A program made the position numbers and the translations under genes. Shown in pieces: positions 15,339 to 23,304 of a DNA stretch of 32,000 nucleotides (position 1 is the first letter of the stretch; every line of letters begins with the position of its first letter). Under the pieces are notes generated by a model. That model saw only the letters and a list, made by a program, of their open reading frames with translations, ran no database searches and was not told where the DNA came from. Origin of the DNA: Candidatus Hadarchaeales archaeon (lineage in GTDB: Archaea > Hadarchaeota > Hadarchaeia > Hadarchaeales > Hadarchaeaceae). The stretch covers positions 120,001 through 152,000 of the forward strand of contig JAWBCC010000002.1 in assembly GCA_038823825.1 (NCBI GenBank), given 5' to 3'.

Positions 15339-16865
15339 TCAATCACCTTCTGATAAGGCCTGATAAAGTGCGCCAGATCTCAACCACGCCAGGTCATTCT
15401 TGAATAGGTCTCTTATGTCTTCAAGTCCGATTTTCAGCATGATTAGTCTGCTCAGACCTATTCCCCAAGCCAAAACAGGATAACGTATACCTAACGGTCG
15501 GAGTAGCTCTGGTCTAAACATGCCCGCTCCAAGAACCTCCAGCCACTCTCCTTTAGGTTCGTGATAAACCAACGCCTGAACAGATGGCTCGGTGTATGGG
15601 AAATAAGACGGCATGAACTTTATCTTTTCGAAACCTAGTGCGTTTAATATTTCCTTCAGATAGCCAAGCATGTTTCTAAGATTCATGCCTCTCTCCATCA
15701 CTATGCCTTCACACTGGTAGAACTCTGCTAAATGTTTGTAGTCGATTTTTTCATGTCTATAAACTCTATCTATGCAGAAGACCTTGACAGGGGGTTTAGG
15801 TTTAGAGGCGAGGTATCTGACTGTGGCAGCCGTGGTTTGTGAGCAGAGTACCGGACGTCTGCTAATCTCTGGATTGAACTTGTATCCCCATCCCCTTGAG
15901 CCTGCCACTCCTTTTTCATGACTTTTTGCTACACGTCTGACCAGCTCTTCGGAAGGGAGCATAGTTTTTTCTGGTTTTTTTACCCAAAGGCTATCGTGTA
16001 TGTCTCTGGCTGGATGATCTTGGGGCTGAAAAAGTGCATCGAAGTTCCAGAACTCTGATTCGACTATCCTCGCCTTTATTTCAACAAAACCCATCCCGAG
16101 CAGGATTCTTCTGATTTCTTCAATCACTCTCTGTTGCGGATGAATTTTGGCGGGGAAAATGTCGGCGACCGGTGCAAGCACATTGTATTTCTTCAACTTG
16201 GCGGTCTTCCACCTTCCAGTTACGATTATCTCTTTCGTCAGTTCTGAAATCTCTTCCCCGATCTCTACTCCTGTCTTGATTATTTCTTCCCCTGCAGGAA
16301 GGATTTTTAGCTTTCTTTCGATTTCTTCTTCTACTTCGACAAGTCCCCTTCTTTCGAGAATAACAACAATTTCCTTCATTTCGGGTTTCAAGATTTCCCC
16401 TCTCCCGATTGCTTCAAGTGCTTCCTCTTCAGGACTTTTGGTGAGAAGCGCAGAACGACCTTCTGGAGTTAGACGCAAAATCCTCTTTCCATCGATTTCT
16501 GGCATTTCTATCCAGTTTTTTCTCCTACACCAAGCCAAGGCGATGTTCATTTCCTGTTCGTTCATTCCCGCGAGTTCTCGAATTTCTTCGATAGGACCTT
16601 CTCTTTTCTCTAGAGCTTGCAGAAGTCTTCGCTCTGGGAGTCCGGCAGTCAGATATTTCATTCCCTCTTCAGTTAGCTTGACTTTTTCTCTTCTTTCTTC
16701 GATGATTTCGATCAATCCTCTTTCTTTTAGTTCTAGCGCGGCCCGCATGACGGTAGCCTGGTTTAATCCGGTTCTTCTTATAACATCCTGAATTAGGGAT
16801 ATCTTCTCCTCACTCAGTGAAGCCAGGACAAGTTTTTCATTAGCCCCCAGTTCTGCAGTTTTCAT
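15339..16865 (-). CDS. pheS: Phenylalanine--tRNA ligase alpha subunit (archaeal, N-terminal wHTH repeats)
   Basis: Class II motifs FQPQDHPARD, FRHE-like YRHEKIDYKHLAEFYQCEG and GAGMFRPELL...AWGIGLSR. GGAGG lies 7 nt upstream of the ATG. Confidence 0.92.
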   Translation of the reverse strand: MKTAELGANEKLVLASLSEEKISLIQDVIRRTGLNQATVMRAALELKERGLIEIIEERREKVKLTEEGMKYLTAGLPERRLLQALEKREGPIEEIRELAGMNEQEMNIALAWCRRKNWIEMPEIDGKRILRLTPEGRSALLTKSPEEEALEAIGRGEILKPEMKEIVVILERRGLVEVEEEIERKLKILPAGEEIIKTGVEIGEEISELTKEIIVTGRWKTAKLKKYNVLAPVADIFPAKIHPQQRVIEEIRRILLGMGFVEIKARIVESEFWNFDALFQPQDHPARDIHDSLWVKKPEKTMLPSEELVRRVAKSHEKGVAGSRGWGYKFNPEISRRPVLCSQTTAATVRYLASKPKPPVKVFCIDRVYRHEKIDYKHLAEFYQCEGIVMERGMNLRNMLGYLKEILNALGFEKIKFMPSYFPYTEPSVQALVYHEPKGEWLEVLGAGMFRPELLRPLGIRYPVLAWGIGLSRLIMLKIGLEDIRDLFKNDLAWLRSGALYQALSEGD

Positions 16866-16891
16866 CTTTTGCCTCCACTAAAGAGGAGGGT

Positions 16892-17893
16892 TCATAGGTT
16901 TTGAGAGTTATGCCTAAAGTGCTCGAAACCTATTTTTGGCAATCTCTTGACCTTTCCTTCTTCGGAGATCCAAACACCTCTTCCCCTTACGGTTTTTCCG
17001 ACAATCGTGAATTTTCTGTTAGCTCTCTTAAACTTCCGCTCCAGTTCGGAAAGAGAGGATGGTTTTATGGTGAAAAGGAGTTCATAATCTTCACCTCCAA
17101 AGAGAGCGAAGTCGTACGGATCCTTTCCTATACTCTTTGAGTATTCTTTTACGAGCGAGCAAATTGGAAGTTTTTCTTTCTCAACGGTTATCCCGATCCC
17201 ACTCTCTTCAGCGATTTGCCAAAGATTGTACGCGAAGCCATCGCTGATATCGATCGCTGATGTAACTCCCTTGCATTTCCCCAATATGATCCCTTCCACA
17301 CACCTCGCCTCCGGTTCGAGCTGAGCTCTTATGAGCGGTTCGAATCTTTTTTCCTCAAGTTTTCTCCTGATCACATCCAGTCCGGCGGCCGCACTACCTA
17401 GCTCGCCAGTAACCCCCACAAGTTCACCAGGCCTAGCCCGATCTCTTGTAAGAATTTTTCCTTCAACTATTCCAAAAGCAAAACCGGCAATCGTTATATC
17501 TTCCCCTTTATCCACATCCCCACCAACCACGCAAGCTCCATACCTTCTGGCTTCTTTTTCCATCGACCTCATTATTCTCTCGACGGATGATAACTCAAAA
17601 TCTGCCGGCATGGCGATGGAGAAAAGGAGTGCGATCGGTCTAGCCCCAACCGCCGCGAGATCGCTAAAATTTATGACAACCGCTTTCTTCCCGATCTGTT
17701 CGGGGGTTGCGATCTGCGGAATGGAAGTTTTGCCGACAAACATGTCTGTGGTCATTGCAAAAAATTTTCCACCAATGGAAAGCACGGCCGCATCGTCTCC
17801 TATTCCAGTTACGACAATTTTACTTTTTGTGAAAATCTTTCTGGCAAGTCTTAGAACTGCGCTCTCTCCAACATCTTTCAGTCTTTTCGACAT
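16892..17893 (-). CDS. thiL: Thiamine-monophosphate kinase (AIR synthase-related fold)
   Basis: GIGDDAAVL, TTDMFV and GGDV...GEDITI motifs. Length is 333 aa. Confidence 0.85.
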   Translation of the reverse strand: MSKRLKDVGESAVLRLARKIFTKSKIVVTGIGDDAAVLSIGGKFFAMTTDMFVGKTSIPQIATPEQIGKKAVVINFSDLAAVGARPIALLFSIAMPADFELSSVERIMRSMEKEARRYGACVVGGDVDKGEDITIAGFAFGIVEGKILTRDRARPGELVGVTGELGSAAAGLDVIRRKLEEKRFEPLIRAQLEPEARCVEGIILGKCKGVTSAIDISDGFAYNLWQIAEESGIGITVEKEKLPICSLVKEYSKSIGKDPYDFALFGGEDYELLFTIKPSSLSELERKFKRANRKFTIVGKTVRGRGVWISEEGKVKRLPKIGFEHFRHNSQNL

Positions 17894-17904
17894 ATTATCT
17901 CCGC

Positions 17905-18279
17905 TCAGAGGAGATGAAGTTTTCCTGTTACTCTGTCCAGAAGCTCAGATGGGGCGGGACCTATCCCTAGAGCCGTAATCGTTCCAGGGGGGATTTCTGT
18001 GAGTCCAGCATCGGATATGAGTTCGCTCGGGATTCTCAGAGCTTCTGCTTCTTTTTTCAGATTGCGTAGATCTTCCTCGTCATGAACTTTTAGTACGACC
18101 TTCTTCTGGCCCTCACTTATCCATTCCTTAAACCATTCTGGTTTTTCCATGCGAGTTCTTTCAGCAGCGGCAACGGCAGCGTGGGCAACTTGAGCTGCTA
18201 TTTTTCCCGGACTCATCGGGATGTCAACTCTGACTACTATCGCCTGTTTGAACTTGAACGCCTCCTTCATTTCCTCCAC
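17905..18279 (-). CDS. pth: Peptidyl-tRNA hydrolase, archaeal type (Pth2)
   Basis: KQAIVVRVDIPMSPGKIAAQVAHAAVAA...GLTEIPPGTITALGIGP is the Pth2 signature. GTG start at 18279; alternative ATG at 18270. Confidence 0.88.
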   Translation of the reverse strand: MEEMKEAFKFKQAIVVRVDIPMSPGKIAAQVAHAAVAAAERTRMEKPEWFKEWISEGQKKVVLKVHDEEDLRNLKKEAEALRIPSELISDAGLTEIPPGTITALGIGPAPSELLDRVTGKLHLL

Positions 18280-18598
18280 CGGTTGGAACCTCTGTAGGAG
18301 TTTTCTTTCTTTGTAGGAAACTCGGGATCTTTATCCCACCTCTTAAAAAGGCGAACAAGAAAAGAATCGCTCCAGCGATCGTCATAGCGATGAGAAATTG
18401 ACTCAGTACGAGTCTATGATATCTTGCCAAGATGTACGAGACCCAAGTTGAGAGCAGCAACCCCAACCCGATTCCACTTGCAATTCTCGTCGAAAGATCC
18501 ATCTGATTTTTGCCTGGAAAGAGCGCGATTGAGAAAAGAAGCCCCGGGATGATGACCGCAAGACAGCCCATCAGAGCGGTAAGGATTTGTACCGTCAT
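18224..18598 (-). CDS. Hypothetical small integral membrane protein (3-4 TM)
   Basis: ATG start with clear hydrophobic helices and no recognisable family. The 3' 56 nt overlap pth2 in another frame. Confidence 0.55.
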   Translation of the reverse strand: MTVQILTALMGCLAVIIPGLLFSIALFPGKNQMDLSTRIASGIGLGLLLSTWVSYILARYHRLVLSQFLIAMTIAGAILFLFAFLRGGIKIPSFLQRKKTPTEVPTGGGNEGGVQVQTGDSSQS

Positions 18599-18685
18599 TC
18601 TACTACCCCTTTAATTACCCTAGCCGACGCTAAAAGAATGTTGCTGAATGTCTTTTTAATCGATTTTCCTTAGACATTTAAGCAG

Positions 18686-19855
18686 ATGATCTATCCAGAT
18701 GTTCTAATAGTCGGAGCCGGTCCGTGCGGAAGTTTCCTCGCAAAAATCTTATCGGAGAAAGGACTTGAGGTCGTCGTCGTGGAGGAGCATCCACAGATAG
18801 GTCATCCTTCTTGCTGTGCTGGTATTGTGGGTATCCGAGGAATGAGGACACTTGGCATTAAAAAGGAGGATTGGGTTTTGGGAGAACTCAAAAGCGCCCA
18901 GTTTTTCTCATCTTCTGGTTTATCTTCAAAAATTGGGCGTGGAGGGAAAGAAGCTTGGGTGATCGACAGAGCCGCTTTTGACCGGTGGTTGGCTGAGGAG
19001 GCATTAAATGCGGGCGCAGAGTTCTATCTCTCGACGAGATGCATCGGGATCGATTGTTCGACTTCGAAAGTTAAACTCTCCGGTGTTTTTTCTGGATTTG
19101 CGAAACCTTCGATTATCATAGGCTCCGACGGTTTTTCTTCAATCGTTAGAAAATCTCTCGGGCTAGATTTTGGAGAGTTCACCTTTTGTGCTCAAATTGA
19201 AACAAAGGGTGAAATCGAGGAAGGAACTGCCGAGATATACCTTGGGCAGCGGTTTTCTCCGGGCTTTTTCGCTTGGGGAGTTCGAGCAGGCGATGTTTGC
19301 AGAATAGGACTTGGAACGACTTCTGGAAACCCGGTTAGATATCTGCGCAATCTCATCGCCAAACACCCAGGAATAGCTGGCAGAGTGAAACAGAAGGTCG
19401 TAGTGAGTGCCGGAGTCAAAGCCATCCCCAGAACTTTTCTATCATCTCCAGCCAGAGACAATTTTCTTCTGGTTGGAGATGCAGCCGGGCAGGTCAAACA
19501 GATTACCGGTGGAGGAATTTTTCTAGGGATGTTTTGCGCAAACATCGCAGCCCTCTCAATCCTCCGGGCTTTCGAGGAAGAAAAACCGAAAAAAGCTTCG
19601 AAATTTTACATCCAAATGTTCAGAAAAGAGCTTCTGAGCGAGTTGGAGGTCTCGAAGCTCGCCAGCCGTTTTCTCTTTAATCTTTCTGACAAAAAAATAG
19701 ACACATTGGTATCGCTTCTTGAAGATCAAATGTTTATAGGAATTGTTAAAAGCGCGTTTGATTTTGAATTTCACTCATCTCTGATCAAAGCCCTAATACC
19801 GGTTTTTCCAGAGATTCTAGGGAAGCTCAAGGTCCGCCGTAAGTCCCGCCTCTAA
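18686..19855 (+). CDS. Geranylgeranyl reductase family FAD-dependent oxidoreductase (digeranylgeranylglycerophospholipid reductase-like)
   Basis: FAD Rossmann motif DVLIVGAGPCGSFLA...VVVVEE and second motif LVGDAAGQVKQITGGGI. Length is 389 aa. Confidence 0.85.
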   Translation: MIYPDVLIVGAGPCGSFLAKILSEKGLEVVVVEEHPQIGHPSCCAGIVGIRGMRTLGIKKEDWVLGELKSAQFFSSSGLSSKIGRGGKEAWVIDRAAFDRWLAEEALNAGAEFYLSTRCIGIDCSTSKVKLSGVFSGFAKPSIIIGSDGFSSIVRKSLGLDFGEFTFCAQIETKGEIEEGTAEIYLGQRFSPGFFAWGVRAGDVCRIGLGTTSGNPVRYLRNLIAKHPGIAGRVKQKVVVSAGVKAIPRTFLSSPARDNFLLVGDAAGQVKQITGGGIFLGMFCANIAALSILRAFEEEKPKKASKFYIQMFRKELLSELEVSKLASRFLFNLSDKKIDTLVSLLEDQMFIGIVKSAFDFEFHSSLIKALIPVFPEILGKLKVRRKSRL

Positions 19856-19896
19856 TATAATAAGCCATCCATCGAACCGTTAATTTTGGGGGAGAA

Positions 19897-21045
19897 ATGC
19901 CCGCGAATCTTCCTCCAGAATATTTAAAAGTGGAACAGCAGTACGCGCAGGCGAAAACGCTGGAGGAAAAGATACGTTTAACAGAAGAACTCATAAGGCT
20001 AGCCCCCAAACACAAAGGTACAGAGAAACTGCTCAAGATGCTCAAGACGCGCTTGGCGAAACTCAGGGAAGAAGAGGAAAGGAGAAGGGCAAAGCGTGCC
20101 GGAAGGACGACTCTAACATTCGCTGTGAAGAAGGAAGGCGCGGCTCAGATAGTTCTCTTAGGATTTCCGAATTCTGGAAAGTCTACAGTTCTGCGGCTCT
20201 TAACTTCAGCCAAACCTGAGGTGGCTGAGTATCCTTTTACTACCACACGTCCGGAGCCAGGAATGATGGAGTTTGAGGATGTTCAAGTTCAGCTCGTTGA
20301 GGCTCCAGCCATCATCGAGGGTTCGGCTGAAGGTAGGGGTCTTGGACCAGCTCCATTGAGTTTGGCCAGAACGGCGGATGCTATTGCGCTGGTTATAGAT
20401 CTGTCTGAAGATCCTGTTCTTCAACTTAGAGTCCTTCTTGAAGAATTAGAAAAAATTAGAGTGAAAGTAAACGAACGTCCACCCGCAATCTCGTTCGAGC
20501 CCAAATCTTCAGGGGGCATAGAAATCAGGGGAGCAGAGCTCGTTGCAGGTGGAGAAAAAGCCGTTAAGAGGCTCCTCCAAGAAATGAGAATACACAACGC
20601 TTCGATAATAATTCGCGAACCTGTTTCCATCGAGCTGCTTCGTGACGTGATCAGAGGAGGTATTGTTTTTAAACCGGCTTTTATTTTGGCCACAAAATCG
20701 GATTCTCCACGTGCCTTGGAAAACTTGCGCCTCCTTCAGACGGAGATACCCGAGGGTTTTCGTGTGATTTTAGTCGGAAACGACATCGCAAACCTGAAGA
20801 AAGAAATATTCAAATCACTGCGGGTGATTAGAATCTACACAAAACCCCCCGACGGCCAGCCGTCCAAAAAGCCACTTGTTCTGAACGAGGGTGCGACGGT
20901 TTTAGACGTTGCCAGAGCTGTACACAAAGATTTTGAGAAAAATCTGAAATTTGCGAGGGTCTGGGGATCAACCAAATTCCCAGGTCAGCAAGTCTCCCGC
21001 GAATACGTTTTGAAAGACGGAGACATTGTAGAACTACACATTTGA
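19897..21045 (+). CDS. DRG-family (Obg-like) GTPase with C-terminal TGS domain; atypical G3 motif
   Basis: DRG N-terminal helix KHKGTEKLLKMLKTRLAKLRE, G1 GFPNSGKST, G2 YPFTTT, G4 TKSD and a TGS-like C-terminus (RVIRIYTK...GDIVELHI). G3 reads VEAPA instead of DxPG. Confidence 0.88.
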   Translation: MPANLPPEYLKVEQQYAQAKTLEEKIRLTEELIRLAPKHKGTEKLLKMLKTRLAKLREEEERRRAKRAGRTTLTFAVKKEGAAQIVLLGFPNSGKSTVLRLLTSAKPEVAEYPFTTTRPEPGMMEFEDVQVQLVEAPAIIEGSAEGRGLGPAPLSLARTADAIALVIDLSEDPVLQLRVLLEELEKIRVKVNERPPAISFEPKSSGGIEIRGAELVAGGEKAVKRLLQEMRIHNASIIIREPVSIELLRDVIRGGIVFKPAFILATKSDSPRALENLRLLQTEIPEGFRVILVGNDIANLKKEIFKSLRVIRIYTKPPDGQPSKKPLVLNEGATVLDVARAVHKDFEKNLKFARVWGSTKFPGQQVSREYVLKDGDIVELHI

Positions 21046-21052
21046 GAAAAAC

Positions 21053-21709
21053 CTAATCTCCTTTCAGGAACCTCGCTATCTTCGTCGCGGCAGATTTGTA
21101 TCCGATTATCGTGACCAAATCCCCAGGTTGAATGGTGGTATCGCCTTTTGGGATTATGAGTTCATCGCCCCTCGATATCGTCGCGACCACGACGTCCTTA
21201 AGCTTGAGCTCAGAAAGTGTCTTACCAACGGCTTTCGAGTTAGGGCCGACCTTAACCTCTATGACTTCGCCTTTTCCACCCCCCACGCTTAGCAGACCGT
21301 AAACTCCAGCACCGCCCAAAAGAACTTTCTCAAAGAGCATGCTGAGTGTTGTTGGAATGCTTACCGCAACGTCTATTCCAATTGACTCAAACATCTGCGC
21401 ATGAGCATCGTCGTTGACCCTTGCTATAACCGTCGGTACTCCTTGCTTTTTTGCGATTTCGCATGCCATCAGGTTCACCTCATCCGCATCCGTCAGCGCC
21501 ACCAGAGCATCAGCTTTCTCGAGTCCAGCATCTTTCAGTACTTTTAGTTCCGCTCCGTTTCCGTGAATAACAAGAGTATTCAGTCTACTGGCTAGTTCAT
21601 GAGCTCTTTTTTCGTCCTTCTCGATTATGACGACGTTGTGTCCTCGCTCGCTAAGCCTCTGGGCAAGGGCGGATCCCGTCCGACCTCCCCCAACTATTAT
21701 GATATACAT
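21053..21709 (-). CDS. trkA: Trk-type K+ transport regulatory protein TrkA (RCK_N plus RCK_C)
   Basis: [19 protein letters not shown]...VVIIEKD NAD-type Rossmann motif, with a C-terminal TrkA-C block ([34 protein letters not shown]). No trkH is adjacent. Confidence 0.9.
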   Translation of the reverse strand: MYIIIVGGGRTGSALAQRLSERGHNVVIIEKDEKRAHELASRLNTLVIHGNGAELKVLKDAGLEKADALVALTDADEVNLMACEIAKKQGVPTVIARVNDDAHAQMFESIGIDVAVSIPTTLSMLFEKVLLGGAGVYGLLSVGGGKGEVIEVKVGPNSKAVGKTLSELKLKDVVVATISRGDELIIPKGDTTIQPGDLVTIIGYKSAATKIARFLKGD

Positions 21710-21775
21710 CTGAATTCCACAACTTTATCGACTCCCTTTTTAAAGAGAATGTCACTCTTACATAGTGGTGGAGAT

Positions 21776-22312
21776 ATGCCGCTCAGACCTGGTAAGACAT
21801 ACAGATACTTTAGCGGACCTGCGTATACGAGAAAGGAATTCGTAAAAGGAGTTCCTCAGCCAAGGGTGACTTTTTTCGATATGGGGAATCCTTCGGGAGA
21901 TTTTCCCGTAGAGATGTCTCTGATAACTCTTGAGAACGGACAAATAAGGCACAACGCACTTGAGGCTGCAAGGGTCGCTGCGAACAGACTTTTAGAAAAG
22001 GAGATTGGTAAAGAAAGATATCATCTAAAGCTCAGAGTGTACCCTCACCACGTTTTACGTGAAAATCCAATGGCTGCTGGAGCGGGTGCGGATAGAATAT
22101 CTGACGGAATGAGGCTAGCTTTTGGGAAGCCAATCGGAACGGCGGCAAGAGTAACGACCGGTCAGAAAATAATGACGGTTAGAGTAGGTGTAGAACACTT
22201 CCCATTAGCCAAGGAGGCTCTTCGCAGAGCTTCCATGAAGATACCAATGCCTACCAGGATCATCATTGAAAAGGGACAGGACCTGGTGCAGAAGGCTGGA
22301 CAAGGAATTTGA
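21776..22312 (+). CDS. rpl10e: 50S ribosomal protein L10e (uL16)
   Basis: Start re-set to the internal ATG ([22 protein letters not shown]), with GGTGGAG just upstream. The 59 upstream codons of the track ORF are antisense to trkA and were rejected. Confidence 0.92.
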   Translation: MPLRPGKTYRYFSGPAYTRKEFVKGVPQPRVTFFDMGNPSGDFPVEMSLITLENGQIRHNALEAARVAANRLLEKEIGKERYHLKLRVYPHHVLRENPMAAGAGADRISDGMRLAFGKPIGTAARVTTGQKIMTVRVGVEHFPLAKEALRRASMKIPMPTRIIIEKGQDLVQKAGQGI

Positions 22313-22357
22313 TCGGTCGTCCACCTGAATGTTATTGTTAGACAATCTTTCCTTGCA

Positions 22358-23236
22358 TTATTTTTTGGAGCCCAAAACTGCTAAGATCTCGTAGATTATT
22401 CTAGCAGCAACGAACGCTGTATTTCCGTTATCATATTGAGGAACCAGTTCGACAACGTCGACTCCTACCAGTTTCATCTCGGCTATCTTTCGTACAATTT
22501 TTAAAATCTCGGCGGTTGAAAGTCCAGAGGGTTCAGGAGTAGCCACAGCCGGGGCGAAGGCCGGATCCAGAACATCGAGATCTATTGTCAGGTAAACGCT
22601 TTCACTGCCAATCAGGTCTCTGATCTCTCTCATAACCCCATCCAAATTTGTAGAAATGTCCTCTGAGGTATATGCCCGGATTCGCGTTTTTCTTAACCAC
22701 TCCTCCTCTTCTTTTGACCAAGATCTGACTCCAAGCTGTATGACCTTTTCCGCAGGAACTCGATCGAGAATCCTCCGCATAACCGTCGCATGGCATATTT
22801 TATCGCCGAGGTATTCCTCCCTCAGATCCCTGTGGGCGTCAAGTTGGACGATGAATACATCATCGAATGCCACAGTTGAGAAAACCGTGAGAGTATGCTC
22901 CCCACCTAGCAGGAACGGAAACTTTCCATCTCTTCTGATCTTTCTAACGATTTTTTCGATTTTTTGCCCTGTGGTAACGATATCCGTCTGGGTTACCACA
23001 ATATCCCCCAAGTCGGAGATGTTGAGGGCTTCGAAAACATCTATGCCGATGGATGTGACAAAGGTCTCAAGATTTGCCGAAGCTTCTCTTATTTTTGCAG
23101 GCGCAAACCTATACCCCGACCTGTAGCTAGAGGTTAAGTCAAGCGGAACACCAACGAAAACAACATCCGCTTTTTCATAAGGAAAATCGAAACCACCGAA
23201 CCCTGGTAAAACCTTTATGATTTCTGACGGTTCCAT
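22358..23236 (-). CDS. speB: Agmatinase (ureohydrolase family)
   Basis: Start re-set to the ATG at 23236 (GGAGGG upstream). Mn-binding motifs GGEHTLT, LDAHRDL and TIDLDVLDPAFAP. The upstream 130 codons of the track ORF are antisense to ppdK and were rejected. Confidence 0.88.
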   Translation of the reverse strand: MEPSEIIKVLPGFGGFDFPYEKADVVFVGVPLDLTSSYRSGYRFAPAKIREASANLETFVTSIGIDVFEALNISDLGDIVVTQTDIVTTGQKIEKIVRKIRRDGKFPFLLGGEHTLTVFSTVAFDDVFIVQLDAHRDLREEYLGDKICHATVMRRILDRVPAEKVIQLGVRSWSKEEEEWLRKTRIRAYTSEDISTNLDGVMREIRDLIGSESVYLTIDLDVLDPAFAPAVATPEPSGLSTAEILKIVRKIAEMKLVGVDVVELVPQYDNGNTAFVAARIIYEILAVLGSKK

Positions 23237-23304
23237 TTTCTCCCTCCTAAATTGTGTTAACAAAAGGTTAAATATCCCTTCAATATCCAAATAGTAAAGA
23301 GAAC

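Noticed and set aside
16147-16791. Long (214 aa) plus-strand ORF antisense to pheS. Similar ORFs occur at 17331-17978 (antisense to thiL), at 22656-23126 (antisense to speB), and at 23460-23960 and 24927-25460 (both antisense to ppdK).
   Set aside because: They are Ser/Leu/Pro/Ile-rich low-complexity translations lying exactly opposite strongly recognisable conserved genes. These are classic shadow ORFs with no motifs of their own.
21053-21709. Stand-alone trkA without an adjacent trkH, considered as an anomaly.
   Set aside because: Unlinked trkA/trkH genes are common in archaea and bacteria, and the sequence is a canonical RCK_N plus RCK_C protein. It is noted only as context for the RCK_N-DHH fusion.
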